This document shows, piece by piece, positions 25,392-36,909 of a stretch of 64,000 bases of DNA; position 1 is the stretch's first letter; every line of letters begins with the position of its first letter. The DNA is from Ascoidea asiatica JCM 7603. Taxonomy: Eukaryota > Fungi > Ascomycota. The notes under the pieces are model-generated. The model saw only the letters and a list, made by a program, of their open reading frames with translations, was not told the origin of the DNA and made no database searches. The translations under genes were made by a program, and so were the position numbers. Location: assembly GCA_001600695.1 (NCBI GenBank), contig BCKQ01000006.1, positions 70,782 through 134,781 of the forward strand. Reading direction: 5' to 3'.

Positions 25392-27110
25392 ATGGATTAT
25401 TTTCAATTTAAAATAACTTTTTCAATTCATAATGCAATCAATATTTTATCTTCTTCCCAATTAAATCTTGATTCTTCTCGTTTCACTGACTTTTATGACT
25501 CGTTAATAATCGATTCTAATAAAGATAAAGTTATAAAAAGTTTTAATTCAAAAAAACCTGAAAATTATGGAGATCTTATAATTAAAATATTTAATTTGAA
25601 TAATAGAAGAAAAAAAATTATACCTAGAAATTTAAATACAATTAATAAAATTAATAAAATTCCAAATATTTTTTGTCATATTAAACATTGTGATACTAGA
25701 AATTCAAAATTTAATTTTGAAAAAATTATCTATCCAACTTCAGGAAATTTTTCAAATCCAAATTTTGATGATACAACAACTTTTTTACATTCTGGTAAAT
25801 CAATAATTAAAATTAAATTTATTTTAGTTTTACCAAATTTTCAAATAAATAATAAATTCATAGAAAGATCTTTTTTTCCATATTATATTGATTTAGGTTT
25901 TATTAATTTAACTTTGTCTAATTGGAACTGTCAATCATATGAAAAATTTTTTTTTTTGAATGAAAAAATTTCATGTCTTTTGAATAATGGATTTTTTAAT
26001 CTAATTTTTTCAATCAAATATCATTTATATAAAAAAGTTTCTAAAAATGAATCTTTAAAATTATTATCAAAAGACCTTCCCTCAGATTATTTATCAAAAT
26101 TTTTATTTACTGAATTGAATTATCATCATTCATGTTTCTCTTCAAAAAAATTAAAAATACTAAGAATTATTGGTAAAGGAAAATTTGGAATTATTTTTGT
26201 AGTTCAAAAAATTGAAACTAGAGAGAAATTTGTAATAAAAAAAATTAGAAAATCTGATTTAATTTCTAATAAATCCATAAATCAAGCTTTCGCTGAAAAA
26301 TATATTTTAGAAACAATAAAATCTCCATTTTTAATTCATTCATTTTGTTCTTTTCAAAATTCTCATAATTTATATTTATGTATGAAACTTATGAGGGGTG
26401 GGAATTTATTTTATCTTTTATCTAAACAGAAAAAATTCAGTGTATCCCGAACTAAATTATATTCTTCAGAAATAGTTTCTGCCATAGGTTCATTACATAA
26501 AAATAATATTATGTATAGACATTTAGATTTATCTAATATTTTAATGGATTTGGATGGACATTTAAAGCTTTGTGATTTTCATTTATGTAGATATGAAAAG
26601 AAAGGTGGTATAAAAGATTTTGATTTTAGTGGAACAAGAGATTGCTTAGCACCTGAAATTATTTTAAGAAAACCTTATACGAAATCTGTAGATTGGTGGG
26701 CTCTAGGAATAGTTATATTTCAAATGCTTACAGGTTATCATCCACTTCTTACACCTGAAAATAATGATTTGAATCAAATAGTTACTAAAGAATTCATAAA
26801 CTTTCCTTCTTATGTTAATGATGATGCTAAAGATCTAATAACAAAATTATTAGTCAAAGATCCTGAATTTCGTTTAGGTCATGGAAATATTGAAGAAATT
26901 GAAAATCATGATTATTATAGAAACTCATATTGGCGTACTTATTTAATCAAAAAAAAAAGAAGCCCAAGATTTAGACCAAAAGAAAATCATTATTTACATT
27001 CTGTGGATTATCATTTAAATTCAGCAATATCTAAACCTTATGAAATCAATAAGATCAATAAAACCCCTAAAAAACTAATTCATTTCAAAGATTGGACTTG
27101 TAAACAATAA
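25392..27110 (+). CDS. Divergent Ypk/Gad8-like AGC kinase, probable pseudokinase
   Basis: GKGKFG, FVIKKI, APE, DWWALG and a C-terminal HFKDWTC hydrophobic-motif-like end. The catalytic loop is YRHLDLSN (catalytic Asp replaced by His) and DFG reads DFH. Confidence 0.85.
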   Translation: MDYFQFKITFSIHNAINILSSSQLNLDSSRFTDFYDSLIIDSNKDKVIKSFNSKKPENYGDLIIKIFNLNNRRKKIIPRNLNTINKINKIPNIFCHIKHCDTRNSKFNFEKIIYPTSGNFSNPNFDDTTTFLHSGKSIIKIKFILVLPNFQINNKFIERSFFPYYIDLGFINLTLSNWNCQSYEKFFFLNEKISCLLNNGFFNLIFSIKYHLYKKVSKNESLKLLSKDLPSDYLSKFLFTELNYHHSCFSSKKLKILRIIGKGKFGIIFVVQKIETREKFVIKKIRKSDLISNKSINQAFAEKYILETIKSPFLIHSFCSFQNSHNLYLCMKLMRGGNLFYLLSKQKKFSVSRTKLYSSEIVSAIGSLHKNNIMYRHLDLSNILMDLDGHLKLCDFHLCRYEKKGGIKDFDFSGTRDCLAPEIILRKPYTKSVDWWALGIVIFQMLTGYHPLLTPENNDLNQIVTKEFINFPSYVNDDAKDLITKLLVKDPEFRLGHGNIEEIENHDYYRNSYWRTYLIKKKRSPRFRPKENHYLHSVDYHLNSAISKPYEINKINKTPKKLIHFKDWTCKQ

Positions 27111-27188
27111 TTAAATACATTCAATATTCATATACATTGTTAATTAGTTTAACAAACTTTATTGATATAATTATTGAATTTTATTTTT

Positions 27189-29332
27189 TCAGTAGCAAAT
27201 AATTTTATTTTCTTCGTAATCATCAATTCTTATTTTAGTCTTGAATTCATCAATTGAGCAAGATTTTGGAATATTTTCAATATAAAAATTAACTGTATTT
27301 CGAATGCTAGCATCAGTCAAACCATACGGAAAATTATTCATTTTACGTTCATTAAATTCAACAAAGCCTAAATGTTTTAAATTTATAATCATTTTGAAAT
27401 TTAAATCCTTTATAGTGATTATTGGGTTATTACATAAATTTAAATGCCAAATATTTTTTAAATTATTTAAATTTTCAATTTTTTTAATATTATTACTTGA
27501 TAAATTTAATAATTCAAGATTTATTAAGAAATTTAATTGATTTGAAATTTGATTTATTTTATTATTTGAAAAAGATAGATTTTTTAATAGTTTGTTATTA
27601 TTAAGATTTTCAATTTCAATGATATTATTATTTGATAAATTTAACAGTGTCAATTTAGTTAAATTATTCAAATTTTCGACCATTGAAATATTATTATTTG
27701 ATAAATTTAATTTTTTTAAATTTATTAATTGATTTAAATTTTGAATTTTTGAAATATTATTATTTAATAAGTTTAGTTCAATCAAATTTTTAAAATATTT
27801 AAAACAATTTTTTTCAATATTTTTAATTTTATTATTTGATAAAAATAACTTTTTAAGTTTTGGGAAATTGATAAAATTGATAATTTCATTGATTTTATTA
27901 TTTGATAAATCTAATTCAATTAGATTTAATAAATTATTTAAATTTCTTAAAATTGATATATTATTATTAGATAAATTTAGATAAATCAAATTATTTAATT
28001 TTGAAAAATCTATTGAAATTTCATTAATAAAATTTTTAGATAAATCAATTTCTTTTAATTTTTTTAAATTTTTAAAATTATTAAACTCATTAATAAAATT
28101 GCTTGATAAATTTAGTTTTCTTAAATTGATTAAGTTATTGAGATTATTTAAATTACTGATTTTATTATTAGATAAATTTAACACCTTTAGGAAGATTAAA
28201 TTATTGAAATAATTAGGAATGAAATTGATTTGATTATTATTTGCGATTAAAATTTCAATATTTTTTAAAGGAACTTTTTCAAATCCGTAGAATTGATTGA
28301 ATTGAGAATTTGATTGAAATTCTAAAGTTGAAATTTTATTGAAATTTATTTTTAAAATTTTCAAAGAAGAATTATTTTTATTTAAGAAACTTAAATTTTT
28401 TAGATTATTTGAAGATAATTTTAGAAAAGTAATTTTTTTTGAAAATTTCAAAAAATTAGAATTAATTGAATCAATTGAAGAATTATTTAGAATTAATTTA
28501 TTCAAATTTAATAATTTTAAAGAATTATTTAACTGAATGAGATTTGAATTGTAAGATAAGTTTAAGATTTTTAGATTTGAATTTGATTTTGAATTCAAAA
28601 TTAATGGAATTTTATTAAAATTATTTGATTGTAAATTTAATTTATATAAATTTTTTAAATTAGATAAGAAAATTAAATTTGAAGAATTTGATAAATTACA
28701 ATTTGATAAATTTAAATTTTTTAAATTTTTAAAATTTAAAAATAAGTTAATTTCTAAGTTTGAATTAAATATATTTAAATTTGATAAATTTAAGTTACAT
28801 AAACTAGTTGAATTTAAATTTTTTAAAGAAAGTTTGAAATTATAGTTATTATAGAATTATCTGAATTTATTAAATCATTTGAAAATAATAATAATTGAAA
28901 AGATTTAATATTTTTTGAAGATTTAATTAAAAATAATAAATTTTTAAAATAATTTTGTAATTGATTATAATTATAATGAGAATTAAAGTTTAGATTAAAG
29001 TTATTTAAATCGAATTTGAAATTATTTGTACAAAAAAGTAAAAAATTATTAGAATGATTAATTTTAAGTTGATAATTGATAAAAGAATTTAAATTTTTAT
29101 AATTTAAATAAATTTTGAAGTTTTTATTATTATTATAATTTGAATTATAGATTGAATTATTGATTGAATTTAAAGAATATTTAAAATAAATTGAATTAAA
29201 TAATTTTTTATTTGATAAATATTTTAAATTATAATTATTTGATAATGTAAATAATAAAATAATATCATTTGATAAATTATCTAAAATTTTTTTAATTATA
29301 AAAATTGGTAAATTATTAAAATAATTAAACAT
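27189..29332 (-). pseudogene. F-box-like / SDS22-type LRR gene interrupted by a single frameshift at about 28823-28856 (pseudogene or sequencing error)
   Basis: The N-terminal ORF begins MFNYFNNLPIFIIKKILDNL (F-box-like). The LRR frame is open from 28856 to 27189 with many LxxLNLSxNxI repeats and overlaps the first ORF in the -1 frame. Confidence 0.75.
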
Positions 29333-29990
29333 TATTATAATATTATTATAATATTATTATATTTGTTATATTAATATATATTGATATAATATAAGATTGT
29401 TCAACATTTTTGTGAAATTAAAGAAAATAATTCATGATTTATATAATTTTTATATAATCTTTATAATTATATAAAAAAAAATTGACTTCGTTTAATAGGG
29501 ATATATCCAATACATTGATTGGATTGAATTATAATTTCGTGACCATATATATATTGATAAATTATGAATGTAATATATTAATGATAATAATATATTGATT
29601 GATCAATTGATCGATTGATTTAATATGTATTATTGAATAGTATTAAGATCATGGGAAGTTATTAAAACTATTTGATTATCTGATTACTTTGATATCCCCT
29701 ATTTATGAAATCTTCTTGGATTATATTTTCTTGTGAGTTTTGATTTGAGCTTTATTTAAATAATGAAATCATTATTATCTAATGATTTGAATATAAAGGA
29801 TATTGTTATTCATTATTAACTGATTGATTGATTAATTGATAGATTGTATCATTTATATTCTTTGTTCTTTATCCTTTATTGTTTAATCTTTTATTCTTTT
29901 ACTTTTTATTCTTTTATTCTTTTATTCTGTTATTCTTTTATTCTTTTATTGTTATTTGAATGATTGTTTATTTTTTATATTTGATGGCGT

Positions 29991-30011
29991 ATCACGTGCA
30001 ATACCGGGTAA
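29991..30011. promoter_or_regulatory. Adjacent Cbf1-like (ATCACGTG) and Reb1-like (CCGGGTAA) sites
   Basis: Both motifs are exact, in the divergent region between the LRR gene and the small secreted protein gene. Confidence 0.5.
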
Positions 30012-30598
30012 CTTTTAAAATCATGCTGATTCAGCGCTGACTAATCTTTTGTTTTTGTGGTTTGTTCTGGGAAATAAAATAAAGTTTGATAAAGCTTGTT
30101 TCCGCGTTTTGTTTGACCAGAACCCAAACTTTAAACAAGACTTTTTGTTCTTACCAGGATTTTTTACCTTTCAAACCAGGACACTTCATATAAAAGCCAA
30201 TTAAATGGTACTAATAATCTTCATCAACAAATGATATTTTAGTTAAATAAGTAGTGTTTTATTGAATTGAAATAAATAAATAATAGTATTCTAATAATTA
30301 TTGAAAAATCAATAAAAGTTTTCTTGATAATGGTTTGTTTGCTATTGGAGGTATTGATAATGTAAAGTCAGTTATTCATAGGCTATGTAAGTCATAATAT
30401 TACTAAAAAGCTACGCCCATTTTTCGATGTATTATTTACGAGGAAAACAATAATTTGATAAACATTGAGACAATTTATTGATTTATACTTTTAGTAATAA
30501 TTGTAATAAATTATAATAATATATAAAGAGATAAATTACCTAAATTTTAGAGATTATACTGTATAATTACATAATTACTTGGTTTAATATATAAGCTA

Positions 30599-30643
<45 letters not shown>

Positions 30644-30653
30644 GTGTTTATAA

Positions 30654-31100
30654 ATGTTTTTTTTAAGAAATATATATAAAAATTTATCAATAATTATTTT
30701 ATTAGTTTATTTAATAGAATTAATCAATGGATCTCCAATTTTAGATATAAGTAATGAAGTGAATAAAAATGAAGAATTATCAATTGTATCAATATTAACT
30801 AAAAGAATGGCAAATGCAATTCCATTTGCTGGACATGGTTCTGGTGGTGCTCATGGAAGTGGTGGCAGTGAAGGTTCCTCATCTTCTTCCGGTTCTTCTT
30901 CTTCTACTTCCGGCTCCAGCTCCACTCTTTACGGCAACACCCAATCCGGAACTCGTCACAACTCTTCTTCTTCGTCTTCCTCGTCTTCCTCTGCTGCTTC
31001 TGCTTCTGCTTCTGCTTCTGTTTCTGGTCTCTTTTCCTGCTGTCATTCTCTTTATCTCCAGTTTCTGCTGCTTCTGCTTCTTTTCTTTCTAATCTTTTAA
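30654..31100 (+). CDS. Small secreted, Ser/Gly-rich, probably GPI-anchored protein
   Basis: Signal peptide (...LING/SP), dibasic KR site, G/S-rich body and hydrophobic C-terminal tail. Confidence 0.7.
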   Translation: MFFLRNIYKNLSIIILLVYLIELINGSPILDISNEVNKNEELSIVSILTKRMANAIPFAGHGSGGAHGSGGSEGSSSSSGSSSSTSGSSSTLYGNTQSGTRHNSSSSSSSSSSAASASASASVSGLFSCCHSLYLQFLLLLLLFFLIF

Positions 31101-31474
31101 TCAACTCTTCACTTATTGCTTATATGAAACTAGAAAATGAATATATTCAATATCAATTATACAGTTTTATAAAAGCCTTATTTCCTATTTCAGTTACTTT
31201 TGTAATATTCTTTGTTATATTGTATAAAATAACGTATTTTTTATGAATTCAATTGCATATTTTATCTCAAAGATGCTTTAATCTATTATTAATTCATTAT
31301 CAATTCATTATCAATTCATTATTTAAATTCATTTTATTATAAATATCTTCAATTCTCCTAATGTTTTTTTTTTATTCTTTTATTATTTTTTATTCTTTTG
31401 CTTTTTTTTATTTCGGCGCTTAATTTTTTTTTTTTTTTTCTAATTCAATAAGCTTTAATTCAATTCAATTCAAA

Positions 31475-32809
31475 ATGAAATTATTAATAAATAAATTAAA
31501 TCAAGAAAATAATAACAAAAATTCAAAATTCGATAAACAAACTGTTTTAATAACTGATGGTGATACTTATATTGGAGTTTATTGTATTTTAGAATCTTTA
31601 AAAAATGGTTATAAAGTTAAAACAATTATAAATAATTTAAATTCAATTGAAAAAAAAAAAATTTTAATTGAAAATTGGATTTCAATTTCAAATTTAAATC
31701 CAAATTTATTTAATAATAATAATTTAAAATTTTATAATTTTAATCTTTTAAATAATAATTTAACCGCCAATAATAATAAAAATGAATGGATAGAATTATT
31801 TGAAAATTGTAATTATATTATTCATATAATCTCATTATATTCAAATTTATTCTTACCAATTTTAAATGATGATATAAATTATAATTCAAATAATAAATTA
31901 ATTGATCAAATTTATAAAAAAACTTTAAATTTATTTAATTTTATTCAAAATTTTAATATTATCTCAATTAAAAGAATTGTCTTAATTTCTTCATTATCAA
32001 TTATAACTTTTGGTTATGAAAATAATTTTTTAAAAAAAAAAATTTTTAATGAAAATGATTGGAATAATTTAAATAAAATTAATAATAATTATTTAAATTC
32101 AAATTTAATTTTAGAAAAAAAAATTTTAAAAATTTTTAATCAATTTAATTCTAATAATAAATGTAATTATAAATTAATAATTTTAAATTCTGGTATAATT
32201 TTAGGTCCACCTTTAAAATATTATAATAATAATAATAATAATTCATTTTTAAATTCTTTTATAAATGGTAATTTTAATTATTTTATACCAAAATGTTATT
32301 TAAATTTTATTGATATTAGAGATTTATCTAAAATTTCAGTAAATTCTTTAAAAAATTTAAAAATTATTAAAAAATTTGAAAGATTTTTAATTTATTCAAA
32401 TTTAAATTCAATTAATCATTATTTTTTCTCAAATAATAAAAAAATTAATTTAAATTCAATTACTTTATTTCAATTTTTTAAAATTTTTAAAAAAAAATTA
32501 CCAATTTATAATAATTTAATTCCAATTTTTCAATATTCTAATTTTTTTATAAAATTTATAAATTCATTATCTAAATTTAATTTTTTTAATAAATTTAAAT
32601 TTATAAAAAAAAATTTTAAAAAATTAAATAATTTAATTAATTTAAATAATTTTGCTAAAAATTTTAATAATAATTGTAAAATTGATAATTCAAAAGCAAA
32701 AAAAACTTTTAATTGGACTCCAATAAAAATTGAAAAAACAATTATTGATACAATCAAAGATTTTAAATCAATTGATTCTGCAGTTTTAAATATTGATGAT
32801 TCAATTTAA
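31475..32809 (+). CDS. Degenerate NAD(P)-dependent aldehyde reductase/epimerase (Gre2/Ari1-like extended SDR)
   Basis: TVLITDGDTYIG, IIHIIS, KRIVLISS, FNENDW, ILGP, FIDIRD and DNSKAKK match the fold, but the cofactor glycines and catalytic Lys are altered. Confidence 0.75.
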   Translation: MKLLINKLNQENNNKNSKFDKQTVLITDGDTYIGVYCILESLKNGYKVKTIINNLNSIEKKKILIENWISISNLNPNLFNNNNLKFYNFNLLNNNLTANNNKNEWIELFENCNYIIHIISLYSNLFLPILNDDINYNSNNKLIDQIYKKTLNLFNFIQNFNIISIKRIVLISSLSIITFGYENNFLKKKIFNENDWNNLNKINNNYLNSNLILEKKILKIFNQFNSNNKCNYKLIILNSGIILGPPLKYYNNNNNNSFLNSFINGNFNYFIPKCYLNFIDIRDLSKISVNSLKNLKIIKKFERFLIYSNLNSINHYFFSNNKKINLNSITLFQFFKIFKKKLPIYNNLIPIFQYSNFFIKFINSLSKFNFFNKFKFIKKNFKKLNNLINLNNFAKNFNNNCKIDNSKAKKTFNWTPIKIEKTIIDTIKDFKSIDSAVLNIDDSI

Positions 32810-33023
32810 AACTTCTCTATTTCTTTTGCTATTTATTCATATTTTCTTCTCTTTTCTTTTCTTTTCTTTTCTTTGCTTTTCTTTAATTTTAATCAATATT
32901 CAATTCAAATATATAATTTCAATATAATTTCAATATTCAAAAAAAAATAATAACCAAAATGATTGACTCAATTCTCGAACCGAGGTTCTTCAATTTCAGC
33001 CCCGTATTTTGAACTTTTAAAAC

Positions 33024-33088
33024 CAGGGCTCTAACCCAAATTGCAGGGCTCTAATAACCAGGGCTCTATTTACTTTTTCAGGGCTCTC
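33024..33088. repeat. Four dispersed copies of CAGGGCTCT(A/C)
   Basis: Copies start at 33024, 33044, 33059 and 33079. Confidence 0.85.
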
Positions 33089-33195
33089 GTTCAAATCAAA
33101 AATCGAATGAAAATCGAATGATTTTGCAGTGGAATCAGAAACAAAACAGAAACAGAAAGAAACAGCACAAAAATAAAACAAGCACCAAAAGCACC

Positions 33196-33243
33196 AAAAC
33201 CACCAAAACCACCAAAACCACCAAAACCACCAAAACCACCAAA
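33196..33243. repeat. (AAAACCACC)n tandem repeat
   Basis: About 5 units, preceded by AAAAGCACC variants. Confidence 0.85.
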
Positions 33244-33782
33244 GGAGAATTGATTCAATTCAAAAACAACAACCGAAATACAAACATAAATTGAAATCAG
33301 CCTGAATAAAAATTGAAAGATTCAATTGAGTGATTGATTGAAATTGAGAACTGATTAAATTCAGTTTATTCTCACTTTGGAAATTGGAACCACTTTCAAA
33401 GTAAATTCAAGTTTTATAATGTTATTTAAAGTTATAACTTCATTTATTTCATTTATATTTTCAATTAAATTAAGTAATTTCTTATTATTTTAGTAATAAA
33501 AATTCACCATTTGAATGTGTTTTTCTTATCGGTAATTGAAATCAGATTATTATTTTTACGCTAAAAAATGACTAAAAAATCATGAAAATCCCAAATAAAA
33601 AAACGCGTCATATTTTCACAGATATCCAAATATTTTAATAATTGAAATTATTTTTATTAACTATAACCTGGTTACCAGAATATATAAAAGACCTATTTTA
33701 TTCTGTCTTGAATTATTCAATAAAATGATAATAATAATAATATTACTACTAATATTAAAGTAAATATACTGTATAATTAAAA

Positions 33783-34781
33783 ATGTCATCATCAAATATT
33801 CTTAATAATACAAGTTATTTATTAATTATTAAATCTTTATCAGTTCAAAAACATTCAAAGAATTTAAAAACTTTTAAGAATATCTTTTTAAATAATCCTT
33901 TATTATTAAAATGTTTAATTTCTGGTTCATTAGCTGCTTTAAATGAAATCATTTCAACTTTATTATCCTCTTCAATCTCTGATTTAAATTTAAATTTAAA
34001 TTCAAATTCAAATTCAAACTCCTCAAACTCATCAAACTCATCAAATTTAAAAACAAAATGTAATTTAAAAAAATTAAATCAAATTTTAATTAATTCAATC
34101 TCAAAAATCTCAAAATCAAAAGTTTTATTACTTTCAATTTTTGGTTTTTTAATAAATGCTCCTTTAAATCATTTTTTTTATAAAAAATTAAATAATTTAA
34201 AATTTTTTAAATATTCAAATTTATCTTTATTTAAAAAAATTTCTCAAATTCTTATAAGTTTAATTTTTTTTACTCCATTAATTAATTCAATTTTTATAAC
34301 TTTTACAAGTTTAATTAATTTTGATTATAAAAAAAATAATTTTAAATTAACTTCATTAACTTCATTGAATTCATTAAATTCATTAAATTCAATTAAAAAT
34401 TCAAATTTTTTAAATTCAATTACTTTTACAATTTTAAATTCTTTTAAAAAAAATTTTAAACCATTAATGAAATCTTCTTGGATTGTTTCTCCAATTTCAA
34501 TTTTTTTCGCTCAAAATTTTATTAATCCAAAAAATTGGTCAATTTTTTTTAATTTTATTTATTTTATCTTAGGTACTTATCAAAATACTTTAATTAAAAC
34601 AAAATTATCAAATAATCAAGAAAACACCAATGATTCCAATTTCATTTCTCAATCACAAAACCAATACCAATCACAATCTTCTTCAATGAATGAATCTCAA
34701 TTTCAAAATATATCTCATTCAGAAATTCAATCTTCTTCAATTCATACCACTGAAAATAATAGTAATAATCATAACAATTAA
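33783..34781 (+). CDS. Mpv17/PMP22 family (peroxisomal) membrane protein
   Basis: NPLLLKCLISGSLAALNE, FGFLINAPLNHFFY and MKSSWIVSP...FAQNF...FFNFIYFILGTYQN. Confidence 0.85.
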   Translation: MSSSNILNNTSYLLIIKSLSVQKHSKNLKTFKNIFLNNPLLLKCLISGSLAALNEIISTLLSSSISDLNLNLNSNSNSNSSNSSNSSNLKTKCNLKKLNQILINSISKISKSKVLLLSIFGFLINAPLNHFFYKKLNNLKFFKYSNLSLFKKISQILISLIFFTPLINSIFITFTSLINFDYKKNNFKLTSLTSLNSLNSLNSIKNSNFLNSITFTILNSFKKNFKPLMKSSWIVSPISIFFAQNFINPKNWSIFFNFIYFILGTYQNTLIKTKLSNNQENTNDSNFISQSQNQYQSQSSSMNESQFQNISHSEIQSSSIHTTENNSNNHNN

Positions 34782-35101
34782 TTAATCTTTAAAGTATATA
34801 TAATCTTTTATGTAAAACTCAATTATCTAACGCGTTTTTTTTTTGTTTTTTTTCCACTTATTAGCTATATAACAATATAAATAAAAATATTAATTAATAC
34901 AAGCTAGTGAAGTAATAAATAAACTTATAATTAAAATAACATTGAATTCATTTAAAGCACTATAAATACTATAAAGAATATAAATTACTATAAATATACT
35001 TAAAAATACATAAAATTAATACGATATAAAATAAATTAAAACAAACATAAACAGAAAAATAAACAGAAACATAAGAAATAAAAAAACTTAATTATTAAGA
35101 T

Positions 35102-35839
35102 TTATTTATATTGAACTGGAGGAATTGGAGCAGAATTTTGAGTTCTTGGATATCCTTCAACATCATAAAATTGATCATTTGTACCAGTGGTAGTAGTATG
35201 TTGAGCATTATGAGATGCAGGATATTGCCTATTTGTAGTTGTATAAGCAGCATTATTATCATTTTGTTGATAAGTTTCACTTGTTGTAGGATATGAACCA
35301 CTTGATTTTGTTGAATGACCTTGATTTTGATTTGGATAAGTTGAACCTGAATTTCCATATCTAGAAGTATTATTATTATTAAGATTATTATTACCATAAG
35401 TATTTGAAACTCCAGATGTATTTCTATTTGGATTTAAAGTTGAATTTGGATTTACATTTGCATTTGTGGTGGTATTTGCATTAGCATTTGAATTAACATA
35501 ACCAGTATTTGCAGTATTTGTATTATTTCCAAATTCATTTGAAGAAGTTGAAATATAATCATCTGGATGATTATAATTTCTTGATTCTTTTTGAGATTGT
35601 TTATAAGAAGGAGGTAAAATCCAAGTTTCATAACTCTTTAATGGAGTACCATTTCTTGCTTTCTTTCTTGCTGCAACACAACAACAAACTAATAATAATA
35701 CAAATAAACATGGTAAAATAAATAATAAAAAAAATAACCATCTTGCCCAATGCCATGTTGAACTTCCAGTACAAACATAATTACCATATGAATTATATCC
35801 ACAAGTTCTTCTTTTAACTAATTCTACAACAGATGGCAT
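35102..35839 (-). CDS. RCR-family (Rcr1/Rcr2-like) single-pass PY-motif protein, detached copy
   Basis: MP start, KR, Cys pair, WHWARW plus TM helix, and WILPPSYKQSQ. Confidence 0.8.
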   Translation of the reverse strand: MPSVVELVKRRTCGYNSYGNYVCTGSSTWHWARWLFFLLFILPCLFVLLLVCCCVAARKKARNGTPLKSYETWILPPSYKQSQKESRNYNHPDDYISTSSNEFGNNTNTANTGYVNSNANANTTTNANVNPNSTLNPNRNTSGVSNTYGNNNLNNNNTSRYGNSGSTYPNQNQGHSTKSSGSYPTTSETYQQNDNNAAYTTTNRQYPASHNAQHTTTTGTNDQFYDVEGYPRTQNSAPIPPVQYK

Positions 35840-36647
35840 TTTTAATTGTTTTCTTTGAGTAATATACTTATTATATGTATTATTTTATTTATTTCTTTAT
35901 TTCTTTATTTTTAGCTTGCTTTCAACAAAATTTCACTTAATTGACACTTAATTTTGCAATCGTATTGTATACTTTAAATAAATAAGTTATTGAAATTACT
36001 AGTTTTTAAAAATATAAATATAATTCAAATTTGATGATACCATTGACAGTTTATATATAAAATTGATAAAATATTTTTAATATATATTTTCCTTTTTACG
36101 TAACTGAAATTGATAGATTTATACTAAGATTCATCATCCTTACTTGCTCGAATCTTTGAATAGATCCAAGAACTAACTGCACTTTAGACGTTAATTATTT
36201 TGTTTAAGAGCAATCTAATAGCTTTTAAGTATGTCTATTGGTTTCCACATAAACTTAACCCATTTCATATGCGTTATTAAATAGAATAATTAAATGATGT
36301 CTTCCAATTTCATATTTCTGCTGACTTCATATTCTCATGAGTAGTAATAAGCAGTTATAAGATATTTCTCGACTAATAAAATATGGAATTTCTTCATGTT
36401 TCTTTTTTATTCATCTTGTTTGCTCAGCAAATTAGAAATATCCAAAGCTTAACGAAATCTTACACAGTGCTAAAACAGAAAACAAAAAAAAGAAGATAAA
36501 GAAAATGAACCATCAAAAATTTAAAAATTGGAAATTGAAAAATAAAAATGAAAACGAGACCAGAGCTGTGGGACCAATACCGGAAGTAAACCCATGTGAC
36601 TGAGTGGTGTCTGCCCTCGGAACACGTGCTTTTTGAGATTGGAAAAA

Positions 36648-36653
36648 ACGCGT
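36648..36653. promoter_or_regulatory. MCB element (ACGCGT) upstream of MSH2
   Basis: Exact MluI box about 260 bp upstream of a G1/S-type gene. Confidence 0.6.
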
Positions 36654-36909
36654 CATTTTCTTTTTTAAGATTATTTCAGTTCAAAAATAAATTCTAAGTT
36701 TGGCGTCGAGAATTTGGTGATTTTGCTTTTGCTAAAGATTATTTTTGATTCATGAATAAATGATAAAAAGAATATTGATAATAATCAATCAGTCAATTAC
36801 TTCCATTACTTTACAATCTATTGATATAGACATTTCTTCTTTTCATTTAGATAAATCAACAATAATCATTAACTAATTTCCATTTTTTTAACAAAATATA
36901 CTCAAATAA

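Noticed and set aside
29991-30110. Point-centromere-like arrangement (ATCACGTG ... TGTTTCCG)
   Set aside because: The spacer is not a >90% AT CDEII and contains Reb1-like and other GC motifs, and the CDEIII match is poor. It is better explained as a promoter.
33024-33088. CRISPR-like repeat/spacer array
   Set aside because: The repeats are only 9-10 bp with 5-10 bp spacers, the context is eukaryotic and there are no cas genes.
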